Below, piece by piece: positions 11,163 through 19,667 of a stretch of DNA of 64,000 bases. This DNA comes from an uncultured bacterium (GTDB taxonomy: Bacteria; Desulfobacterota_D; UBA1144; Nemesobacterales; UBA2774), in contig CAVPJU010000003.1 of assembly GCA_963705505.1 (NCBI GenBank), positions 256,001-320,000 of the forward strand, in the 5' to 3' direction. The stretch's first letter is position 1. The number at the start of each line of letters is the position of its first letter. A program made the translations under genes and the position numbers. Below the pieces are notes generated by a model that was given only the letters and a program-made list of their open reading frames with translations, had not been told where the DNA came from and did not search any database.

Positions 11163-11665
11163 ATGCCAAGAGCCTTTATCGGTATAGGGTCGAACCTGGG
11201 GGACAGGATAAACAACTGTAAAAAAGCGCTCAATGAAATCCGGGGCTTTGCGGAAATCGTCAGGGTGTCATCGGTATATGAAACGGAGCCGGTCGGGAAT
11301 GAGGACCAGCCCGATTTTATAAACTGCGCCGCGGAGATCGAAACTGCGCTCCCTCCGGTGAGCTTCTGAATCGTCTCCGCTCAATTGAACATGATCTCGA
11401 CAGACTCCGCGGCGAGAGATGGGGACCGAGGACGATCGACCTCGATATTATATTTTATGACGATCTGATAATCGATACGGAAGAGCTGAAAATCCCTCAC
11501 GTCAGCGCTCACACGAGGCGTTTCGTGCTCGAGCCTTTGTGCGAGATAGACCCGTGGCTCGTTCACCCGGGATTCGGAGTCCGCGTATACGAGCTGCTTA
11601 ACAACCTCGAGGACACGAAGAAGGTCGAAAAAGTCGGAGACCCGTCCACATTATTTCCACAGTAA
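11163..11665 (+). CDS. folK: 2-amino-4-hydroxy-6-hydroxymethyldihydropteridine diphosphokinase, with a 1-nt frameshift near 11352-11358
   Basis: N-half IGIGSNLGDR...SSVYETEP...QPDFIN stops at 11369. The -1 frame continues ELLNRLRSIEHDLDRLRGERWGPRTIDLDII...IPH...RRFVLEPL to TAA at 11663-11665. Confidence 0.9.
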
Positions 11666-11838
11666 TCAACATACTATCAACACCCCTGGAACAAGATTCC
11701 AAGAACATTTTCAACAGGGAGGCAGATAGGGCTGATTAAAAATAATACAATAATCCAGGGAGATTAAGCCGATTTTTTGTTTAAATACAGGGCTTTTTGT
11801 GGATAACCTATTTTGCCGCGGCCAGGGAGTTATCCACA
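11642..11838. other. DnaA-box cluster; candidate replication origin or DnaA-titration locus
   Basis: Perfect boxes TGTGGATAA (11798-11806) and TTATCCACA (11830-11838); degenerate boxes at 11642, 11653, 11663, 11674 and 11708; AT-rich tract 11734-11790. Confidence 0.65.
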
Positions 11839-11853
11839 GGCTTTGACGCCCTT

Positions 11854-12708
11854 TTACATCTGGGAAAAACTCCTTGCCGATTCCAGAGTATTCCACAGCA
11901 GCATCGCTATTGTCATCGGACCCACTCCGCCCGGAACAGGCGTGATGTAGGAGGCTTTTTTGCTGACCCCTTCAAAATCCACGTCCCCGGTGAGCTTGCC
12001 TTCCTTGTTGCGGTTTATGCCGACATCGATAACGACGGCACCTTCCTTCACCATGTCGGCGGTAATAAAATCGGCGCGTCCCATCGCAGCAACGAGAATG
12101 TCAGCCCTCCTCGTCACCTCATCGAGCGGCTTCGTGCGCGAATGGCAGATGGTCACGGTCGCATGACGGTGAAGCAGCAGGATAGAAACCGGTTTGCCGA
12201 CTATATTGCTCCTTCCGACCACTACCGCCTCCTTCCCCTCTATACCGATATTATAAAAGTCGAGCATTTTTATGATCCCGTGCGGGGTGCACGATATGAA
12301 CCTCGGCTTGCCTTCCACAAGGAGGCCCACGTTATAGGGGTGGAACCCGTCTACGTCCTTAAGTGGGGATACCGCTCTCAGTATCTTTGTTTCGCTGATC
12401 TGAGCGGGCAACGGGAGCTGGACTAATATGCCGTGAATATTCTCATCCCCGTTCATCTTATCGACGAGCGAGAGCAGCTCCTCCTCCGTAGTTTCTCCGG
12501 GGAGCCTGTGCTCTTCCGAGTAGATGCCTGCTTCGGTACAGGCCTTTCTTTTATTCCTGACATATATTTCAGACGCCGGGTTATCCCCTACAAGAACCGC
12601 GGCAAGACCCGCCGTAATCCCCGTCTCCCTCTTGAGCCTTTCCACTCCCTCCGTGACCTCGTCCCTTATGTGCTGTGAAACCAGCTTACCGTCTATTATC
12701 TCAGCCAT
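11854..12708 (-). CDS. folD: Bifunctional methylenetetrahydrofolate dehydrogenase/cyclohydrolase
   Basis: YVRNK, KDVDGFHP, GRSNIVGKP, TPVPGGVGPMT. Confidence 0.97.
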   Translation of the reverse strand: MAEIIDGKLVSQHIRDEVTEGVERLKRETGITAGLAAVLVGDNPASEIYVRNKRKACTEAGIYSEEHRLPGETTEEELLSLVDKMNGDENIHGILVQLPLPAQISETKILRAVSPLKDVDGFHPYNVGLLVEGKPRFISCTPHGIIKMLDFYNIGIEGKEAVVVGRSNIVGKPVSILLLHRHATVTICHSRTKPLDEVTRRADILVAAMGRADFITADMVKEGAVVIDVGINRNKEGKLTGDVDFEGVSKKASYITPVPGGVGPMTIAMLLWNTLESARSFSQM

Positions 12709-12724
12709 GGAATACTCCTCTTAG

Positions 12725-13525
12725 TCATTCGAATTTCCAGAAATGGTTTAATGGGCCGTGCCCTCTGCCGAGGTTAAAAGAATTCATGATGGCATAGGTT
12801 ACGTAATCCTTCGCTTCTTTCACCGCATCCAGTGGGGAAAACCCCGCCGCAAGCGCCGCGCAGACGGCAGCGGAATATGTACACCCGGTGCCGTGAGTAT
12901 TCGGTGTATCGATCCTCGGGGCTTTGAGCTCGTAATGGTTCCTTCCGTCATAAAAAACATCGATGGCGTCCGGCATATTTTCAAGATGCCCGCCTTTGAC
13001 GAGTACATATCCGGGACCCATCGATTTTATGGCCTCCGCTGCCTGTCTCATATCGGAGAGGGATGAGATTTGTAATCCCGTGATTTCCTCAGCCTCGGGT
13101 ATATTGGGGGTTACGATTAGAGCCATTCCAAAGAGCTCGTTTACCATCGAATCCCGGGCGTCCGCTCTAAGCAGTATGTCCCCTCCCTTGGATATCATAA
13201 CCGGGTCTACCACCAGCTTTAGGACACCGTACTCTCTTAATTTCTTCGATACGGCGGAAACGATTTCCTTATTCGACAGCATCCCGGTTTTCACCGCATC
13301 AGCGCCGATATCACTCAGGACTGCGTCTATCTGGAGCTCGACGAATTCCCGGGGCAAGTCGGTGATACCCAGAACGGACTCCGTATTCTGAGCGGTTACG
13401 GATGTGATTACCGACATCCCGTAAACCCTGAAGGCGGTAAAGGTTTTCAGATCGGCCTGTATTCCAGCGCCTCCCCCCGAATCGGAACCCGCTATAGTAA
13501 GAGCTCTTGGAACCTTTCGACCCAC
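12725..13525 (-). CDS. thiD: Hydroxymethylpyrimidine/phosphomethylpyrimidine kinase
   Basis: [36 protein letters not shown]. Confidence 0.96.
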   Translation of the reverse strand: MGRKVPRALTIAGSDSGGGAGIQADLKTFTAFRVYGMSVITSVTAQNTESVLGITDLPREFVELQIDAVLSDIGADAVKTGMLSNKEIVSAVSKKLREYGVLKLVVDPVMISKGGDILLRADARDSMVNELFGMALIVTPNIPEAEEITGLQISSLSDMRQAAEAIKSMGPGYVLVKGGHLENMPDAIDVFYDGRNHYELKAPRIDTPNTHGTGCTYSAAVCAALAAGFSPLDAVKEAKDYVTYAIMNSFNLGRGHGPLNHFWKFE

Positions 13526-13646
13526 GCCGCTTTATTCTACAAAGATTTTAAAACCATTACAAACAGGCCAGTCCGGCACCCTAGACTAAACAAAAATTAA
13601 ATGTAATATATTCTCTGCTAAAATAACCAAAGGAGATATCGGAGTT

Positions 13647-14063
13647 ATGGCAGAGATTGCAGAAAAAGACGAAATCCTGTTTCCGGAATTATTTACTGTC
13701 GATAAGGAAGGGAGGGTCAGGCTGGTAGCGGGCTACTCCAAGGAATCGAATAACTGGACCTTCCCCAAGTACCTAGCCGACCCCGTGAGTTTTTCCGACG
13801 ATGTGGAAGAGAAACTGTTAAGCCCTACAGGGGAGCTGCATTCATTTACGATCGTAAGGAGGAGCATGCCGGAGTTCCCCGTCCCCTATGCCCTCGCTCT
13901 CGTGGATTTTCCAGAGGGGGTAAGGGTTATGGCACAGGTTGAAACGGACGACCCGGAGGGGCTCAAAATCGGCCAGAAGATGGGCGTTACGGTAGGGACA
14001 GTAAAGAAATCAAAAGACGGCAAGGACGTTAAATCGTACAAGTTCTACCAGGTTAAGAAATAG
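13647..14063 (+). CDS. DUF35/ChsH2-like OB-fold protein (zinc-ribbon cysteines absent)
   Basis: GELHSFTIVR...PVPYALALVDFPEGVRVMAQV...LKIGQKM is typical of the DUF35 OB-fold; the protein has no Cys. Confidence 0.75.
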   Translation: MAEIAEKDEILFPELFTVDKEGRVRLVAGYSKESNNWTFPKYLADPVSFSDDVEEKLLSPTGELHSFTIVRRSMPEFPVPYALALVDFPEGVRVMAQVETDDPEGLKIGQKMGVTVGTVKKSKDGKDVKSYKFYQVKK

Positions 14064-14250
14064 AAGGTCCCTTGCAGCTGCAGAGATTCGCCCCTCGTTT
14101 CATAAATTAAGACAGTGACTCCCGTCAGGGGAATGGTACGGGACCGTCTGGTGAAATACCTTTAGGGATCATACCGGCTGTAAATTTAATGTTTACTTTT
14201 TCCCCTTTATCATTTATTCTGGAATTAGTCTCATAAGAGCATTTCACTTG

Positions 14251-15138
14251 ATGAAAAAATCTCTTCTGACGCTACTATATATCTCAGGATTACTTTTCAT
14301 CCTGCCGTTATCGGCTTTTTCAGCAACTACAACCGATTCAAATCCCCCTGATGAACAACCGGCGGAATTATCGGCGCAGAAGAGCAAAATCCTTTCAGTC
14401 GAGGTAACGGGCTCAAACCTCGGGCTTATACTGCTGGGGACGCTCACAAGCGGTAACGTCTCGAAAGCAATGATAAAAAACCCCGTCACGGGGGAGCTCG
14501 GATCGTATGCCCCCGGAGACAGACTCGACCTCGTCCATTCCGAGACAGTAAAGATAGTCCAGATTTCCAATTGTGTCGTTCTCCTGGAGAGATCCGGGAA
14601 CTTCGAGACGATGGAGTGTCAGAATAAAATGCCTACTGTTGTTTTTAACGGCCCTTCCGTTTTAGCAAAATACAGGATCACGCTTCCCGGAGACGGCAGC
14701 AGCAGGTTCATCTTCTCGGATGACTTCACTACGGATTACGATAAGGATATCTTGAGCGTAAGCGAAAAACACGGGGTGGACCCTTACCTCGTGAAGGCCG
14801 TAATAAAGACCGAATCGAATTTCGACCCGAATGCCGTGTCGCCTAAAAACGCGCAGGGGATTATGCAGCTCATACCCGAGACCGCAACCGATTACGGAGT
14901 GAGCGACCCCTTCGACGCTAAAGAGAATATGGAAGGAGGGGTGCATTACTTAAAAGACCTCCTCGAATATTTCAATGGCGACATGAGCCTCTCTCTCGCA
15001 GCGTACAATGCGGGGAAGGGTGCGGTCATAAAGAACGGCTTCTCGATCCCGCCCTATCCCGAGACGACGGATTATATCGCCAAGGTGCTCGGATACTACA
15101 AACTTCTCAAAGCAAAAAACTACGCTCTGAAAAAGTAA
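14251..15138 (+). CDS. Exported lytic transglycosylase (SLT domain) with an N-terminal GspC/PilP-like domain
   Basis: Signal peptide; SLT motifs AVIKTESNFDPNAVSPKNAQGIMQLIPETA and LAAYNAG; N-domain LILLGTL...AMIKN...SYAPGD. Confidence 0.85.
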   Translation: MKKSLLTLLYISGLLFILPLSAFSATTTDSNPPDEQPAELSAQKSKILSVEVTGSNLGLILLGTLTSGNVSKAMIKNPVTGELGSYAPGDRLDLVHSETVKIVQISNCVVLLERSGNFETMECQNKMPTVVFNGPSVLAKYRITLPGDGSSRFIFSDDFTTDYDKDILSVSEKHGVDPYLVKAVIKTESNFDPNAVSPKNAQGIMQLIPETATDYGVSDPFDAKENMEGGVHYLKDLLEYFNGDMSLSLAAYNAGKGAVIKNGFSIPPYPETTDYIAKVLGYYKLLKAKNYALKK

Positions 15139-15278
15139 ATTACCCGCCGCTATGCCCGGATTTCTATGGGGCGCCGTCCGTACCGACCGATTCGATATCA
15201 TGTTAGCGCGATGCGCGTCAATCCGATTCCCATCCGCCATTACAGCCACATTTTCTAACCGTTGGAAATCCGTCTTGT

Positions 15279-15307
15279 TTGACAAAGCCCGGTTATTTAT
15301 CTAGACT
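15279..15307 (+). promoter_or_regulatory. Sigma70-type promoter of tRNA-Ile2 and the downstream genes
   Basis: TTGACA (15279-15284), 17 bp spacer, TAGACT (15302-15307). Confidence 0.65.
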
Positions 15308-15331
15308 AATAAATTCACTAAATAAATCTGA

Positions 15332-15405
15332 GGGCCCATAGCTCAGTTGGTTAGAGCGGCGGACTCATAATCCGTTGGTCCCTGGTTCGAGTCCGGGTGG
15401 GCCCA
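15332..15405 (+). tRNA. tRNA-Ile2 (CAT anticodon, lysidine type); tRNA-Met is less likely
   Basis: Cloverleaf GGGCCCA/TGGGCCC acceptor stem, anticodon loop CTCATAA, T-loop GGTTCGAGTCC. It resembles ileX-type tRNAs, has a paired 1:72 and lacks the initiator GGG/CCC anticodon stem. CCA is not encoded. Confidence 0.9.
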
Positions 15406-15560
15406 TACTTTGACGAGGTTGCAGTTTTTTAAATGGGCAGGGAACTCAAGATAAGATACAGAAACAGAATTCCTATTCCGATACCGGTCTCCGAATTTCA
15501 AACCGGCTATATTCAAATCCCTCTTTCCGAAAATAACTCAATAAAAAAAAGGAGAAAAAG

Positions 15561-16289
15561 ATGAGAGACCAGATTTTGGTTCTCGATACGCTCCAGCGCA
15601 TAGATATGGAGCTCAGTCAATTGGAAAAAAACCTCAGAGAGTACCCCGAAAAAATCTCAGATTTCGAAAAAGAGCTCGAAACTTCAAAACAAAATCTGGA
15701 AAGTTCCAACAATAAAAAGTCAGAGGTATTAATAAATAAGTCGAGGCTCGAGCAGGAACTCGCCCATAACGAGGAAATGATTAAAAAGGCGGAACAAAAG
15801 CTGTTCGAGATCAAGACCCACAAAGAATACGAAGCATTGCAAAAGGAAATCTCCGAAACGAAAAGAAAGAACTCGGCCCTGGAAGAGAAGCTATTGGATG
15901 AGATGGAGAAAATCGAGAGTCTCGAATCCCGGATTTCGAAAGAAGAAGAGGAGCTCGCAAGCAAGGAAAGCGAATACGGGGAACAGATAACCGCCTTTAA
16001 AGAAAAGATAGAGGAATTGAACAGTCTGTATAAACCGAAAAAGAAAGAGAAAGAGAAAATCGTCTCCAATCTCAGCGCAGATATCCTTCCGATATACGAA
16101 CGCATCAAAAAAAGAAACGGTCAGGTGCTCGCCCTCGCAAAGAACGAGGTTTGCACGGGCTGCTACATGAGCATACCGCCCCAGCTCTTTAACGAGGTGC
16201 TGACCCTCACGAGATTGATACAATGCCCCAACTGCCAAAAATTCCTCTACTGCGAAGAAGAGATGAAGAGTGAAGCTAAAACAGGATAG
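15561..16289 (+). CDS. Coiled-coil protein with a C4-type zinc ribbon (DUF164/CT398-like)
   Basis: Long coiled coil followed by CTGCYMSIPPQ...CPNCQKFLY. Confidence 0.9.
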   Translation: MRDQILVLDTLQRIDMELSQLEKNLREYPEKISDFEKELETSKQNLESSNNKKSEVLINKSRLEQELAHNEEMIKKAEQKLFEIKTHKEYEALQKEISETKRKNSALEEKLLDEMEKIESLESRISKEEEELASKESEYGEQITAFKEKIEELNSLYKPKKKEKEKIVSNLSADILPIYERIKKRNGQVLALAKNEVCTGCYMSIPPQLFNEVLTLTRLIQCPNCQKFLYCEEEMKSEAKTG

Positions 16290-16713
16290 CTTGCCCTTTA
16301 ATAAAGCCGATAAGGACCGCCTCGATATATATATCGACGGCGCCGCCAGGGGGAATCCGGGGGAATCCGGGATAGGTGTTTTGATAATGGAGGAGAGCGG
16401 CAGGACGCGGGAGGTCAAAAAATACCTCGGCACCCGGACAAACAACCAGGCCGAATACACGGCCCTTATCACAGCCCTCGAATCCGTCAAAGACCATAAA
16501 AACCAAGAAATCCATATCTTCACCGACTCCTTATTGCTTGCGAACCAGATGAACGGAATCTGGAAAGTCAGGCACCCCGAAATCAAAGAGCTCCACACGA
16601 GGGCAAAAAGCTTAATCGAAGGATTCAGCAGGGTTACAATCCGCCACATCCCCAGAGAACTGAACAAAGAAGCCGACAGGCTTGCTAATATCGCCATTGA
16701 TGAATATCTTTAA
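16270..16713 (+). CDS. rnhA: Ribonuclease HI family protein
   Basis: YIDGAARGNPG, TNNQAEYTAL, DSLLLANQMNG, HIPRELNKEADRLAN. Confidence 0.9.
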   Translation: MKLKQDSLPFNKADKDRLDIYIDGAARGNPGESGIGVLIMEESGRTREVKKYLGTRTNNQAEYTALITALESVKDHKNQEIHIFTDSLLLANQMNGIWKVRHPEIKELHTRAKSLIEGFSRVTIRHIPRELNKEADRLANIAIDEYL

Positions 16714-16716
16714 CGG

Positions 16717-17107
16717 AGAAGCAAGTGAGCCGGGCAATCGCTGGTCTCTGCACAAAATGCAGGGACTGGAGGAAAGTCCGAACTCCGCAGGGCAGAGCGC
16801 TGGGTAACGCCCAGGTGTCGCGAGACAACGGAAAGTGCCGCAGAAAACAAACCGCCAAAGCCCTTCGATCAAGAAGGGCCGGTAAGGGTGAAAAGGCAGT
16901 GTAAGAGACTACCGCGCCTGCTGGCGACAGCGGGCGGCAAGGTAAACCCCGCTCGGAGAAAGACAAAATAGGGAAGCGCTTTTCTTATTGAAATAAAGGA
17001 CGGCCCGTCCGATGCTTCCGGGTATGTTGCAAGAGGCATTCAGTAATGGATGTCCCAGATGAATGATTGTCCAAGACAGAATTCGGCTTACAGGCTCGCT
17101 TGCTTCT
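16717..17107 (+). ncRNA. rnpB: RNase P RNA (type A)
   Basis: GAGGAAAGTCCG 5' conserved region and ACAGAATTCGGCTTA 3' region; terminal P1 helix AGAAGCAAGTGAGCC / GGCTCGCTTGCTTCT. Confidence 0.95.
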
Positions 17108-18309
17108 AACTTATTTTTACAAGTACAAATTCCTTCTTCCCGATCCTCAGATGAAGCGGGCCCTTGTCAGGCATCACGGCAGTCGTATCCGTGAATTTTT
17201 CCCCGTCTGATGCTGACCCCGCCCTGAGCTATGAGCCTCTTTGCCTCATTCCTGCTCTTTAGCTTCTCGGACGACTCGACCACTAAATCTAGTATCGTCT
17301 TACTGTTGTTCCAGCCGATGACGACTTGTCTTGCATCTTCAGGAAATTCCCTATTGGAGAATTTCGTCTCGAAGTCTTCTTTAGCTATAATCGCAGCATT
17401 CTCCCCGTGTAGCCAGGAAGTGATCTCACTTGCAAGAGCCTTCTTAGCGTCCATCGGGTGCCCTTTTTTAAGGGCGTTTATCTCTTTCTCGGATTTGGAA
17501 GTCAGAAGCCCGTAGTACCGCCACATGAGGTCGTCAGGGATCGACATCATCTTCCCGTACATATCGACGGGCGGGTCTTCGACCGCGATATAGTTGTTAA
17601 GCGATTTCGACATCTTCCTCACGCCGTCAAGACCTTCGAGTATCGGGAGGAGAATCGCCACCTGCGGCTCCTGTCCGAAATTTTTCTGAACGCTGCGGCC
17701 GAGGAGTATGTTGAACTTCTGGTCAGTCCCGCCGAACTCGACGTCAGACTCCATATTGACGGAATCATACGCCTGTATGAGCGGATACATGAACTCGTTG
17801 ATCGTGATCGAAACGCCCGACTTGTATCGCTTGCTGAAATCGTCTCTCTCCAGCATGCGGGCTACGGTCTCGAGCGCGGAAAGCCTGAGCAGCTCCTCCC
17901 CGGTCATCTTACCGAGCCAGGACGAATTGAACATAACTTCCGTCTTTTCCCTGTCGAGGATCTTAAAGACCTGCCTCTCGTACGTGCGGGCGTTCTCCTC
18001 AACATCCGCTTTCGTGAGCGGGGGTCTGGTCTCGGACCTCCCGGACGGGTCACCGATCATGGCCGTGAAGTCTCCGATGAGGAACAAAATAGTGTGTCCC
18101 AGGTCCTGAAACTCCCTCAGCTTCTTCAATAATACACAGTGACCGAGGTGAAGATCAGGGGCTGTCGGGTCAAAGCCCGCCTTAACCCTGAGGGGCCTGC
18201 CCTCTTCTTTCGACTTCTTGAGCTTCGATAGAAGCTCCTCTTCGGAGATTATCTCCTCCGTTCCCCGTTTGATAATCCGAAGCTGCTCTCCGGGCTCTTT
18301 AAATCTCAA
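17106..18309 (-). CDS. tyrS: Tyrosine--tRNA ligase, with a 1-nt frameshift near 17208-17209 in the C-terminal S4 domain
   Basis: [13 protein letters not shown] and KMSKS motifs. Removing one base after GGVSI gives DGEKFTD...[14 protein letters not shown] (TAG at 17106-17108), a normal S4 ending. Confidence 0.93.
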
Positions 18310-18467
18310 CCTGCTAATTCCCCTTTCTCACGGAGTATTTCAGTCAATGAAATCGTTCAGAAATATAGAATATCACGATAGTTAGTCAATGGTGAGATTT
18401 TTGCCCCCTGTATTCAACACCCTTTCCTCTCTGTTTATAATTCAAACATTAGATACAATAATGGCGC

Positions 18468-18998
18468 ATGATAACCGAAATCCAGGGCAGAAAACTCAGG
18501 CTTCTCATACCGGCGTCCGAAATACAGGAGCGCGTCAGGGAACTCGGACAGCAAATCACGAAGGATTATTCCCAAAAGAACCCGGTGCTCATAGGGATTC
18601 TGAAAGGGGGTTTCATATTCCTGGCCGATCTCGTAAGGCAGATCGATTTTAACGTCGAAATCGATTTCATAAGGGCATCGAGTTATAAGGAGGGCATGGA
18701 GCCGGGGGAGATCGAGCTCGTGACGGACGTAATATCCCCGCTTAAAGGGAGGCACGTGATTTTGATAGAGGATATGCTCGATACCGGGGTTACGCTCAAT
18801 TACTTAAAATCCGTGATTCATTCCAAGGAGCCGGCATCCCTCAAAATTTGCGCGCTCATAGACAAGAAAGAGAGGAGGCAGGTCGAAATCGACGCCGATT
18901 ACGTGGGGTTCGATATCGAAGAGGGGTTCATAGTCGGGTACGGGACAGACTGCGGGGAGATGGGGAGAAACCTGCCCGGTGTTTACGTTCTGGAATAA
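18468..18998 (+). CDS. hpt: Hypoxanthine phosphoribosyltransferase
   Basis: ILKGGFIFLADL, LIEDMLDTGVTL, FIVGYG. Confidence 0.93.
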   Translation: MITEIQGRKLRLLIPASEIQERVRELGQQITKDYSQKNPVLIGILKGGFIFLADLVRQIDFNVEIDFIRASSYKEGMEPGEIELVTDVISPLKGRHVILIEDMLDTGVTLNYLKSVIHSKEPASLKICALIDKKERRQVEIDADYVGFDIEEGFIVGYGTDCGEMGRNLPGVYVLE

Positions 18999-19101
18999 AC
19001 CCGCTTTCGGACAGACAGAACGACCGGCGGGCAGAACCATAAGGTAAAAAAATCGCCCCAGACCGGTTAAAATAAATTAAAAAATACTATCGGAGATCAA
19101 T

Positions 19102-19563
19102 ATGAGTCTCAGGGAAAAGATACCCCAGGATTTAAAAGACGCCCTCAGGAGCAAAAAAGCCCTTGAGCTCACTGTGCTCAGGATGCTGCAGTCATCCATA
19201 AGGAACAAGGAGATCGAGAAAAACAAGAAAGAGCTTTCGGACGAGGAAGTTATAGAAGTCGTGGGGAGTGAAATAAAGAAGAGGAAAGAAGCTTCGGCCG
19301 AATTCGAGAAAGTGAACAGGCACGATGCCGCGGACAAGGAGAAAGCGGAGATCGAAATCCTGATGAAATATATGCCGAGCCAGCTTACTGAAGACGAAAT
19401 CAGGGCCGAAGTAAAAAAAGCTATAACCGCGGCGGACGCGAAGGGCGCGAAAGACCTCGGAAAGGTGATGAAAATCATAATTCCCGCGGTAAAGGGTAAA
19501 GCGGACGGATCGACCGTCACTAAAATCGTTAAGGAAGAATTAGAGAAGCTCGAGCAGGCTTAA
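19102..19563 (+). CDS. GatB/YqeY domain protein
   Basis: EIKKRKEA...EKAEIEILMKYMPSQL...DLGKVM...GKADG. Confidence 0.92.
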   Translation: MSLREKIPQDLKDALRSKKALELTVLRMLQSSIRNKEIEKNKKELSDEEVIEVVGSEIKKRKEASAEFEKVNRHDAADKEKAEIEILMKYMPSQLTEDEIRAEVKKAITAADAKGAKDLGKVMKIIIPAVKGKADGSTVTKIVKEELEKLEQA

Positions 19564-19667
19564 AATGTCACAAATCTGATTGCCGGTCCGGGTTCATAGC
19601 AGTCACAGCCCCAAAACCGGCGTCAAAATCCTTTTCAATAACGGTATTCAACCAACAGGAGACTTAC

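Noticed and set aside
11797..12426. 209-aa plus-strand ORF overlapping folD
   Set aside because: Antisense to folD with no recognisable domain; its start codon lies inside a DnaA box.
13526..13646. TPP riboswitch upstream of thiD
   Set aside because: No CTGAGA or other TPP-aptamer core in this short AT-rich divergent spacer.
16685..16966. Minus-strand ORFs of 86-93 aa
   Set aside because: They are antisense to the RNase P RNA gene, a common source of spurious ORFs.
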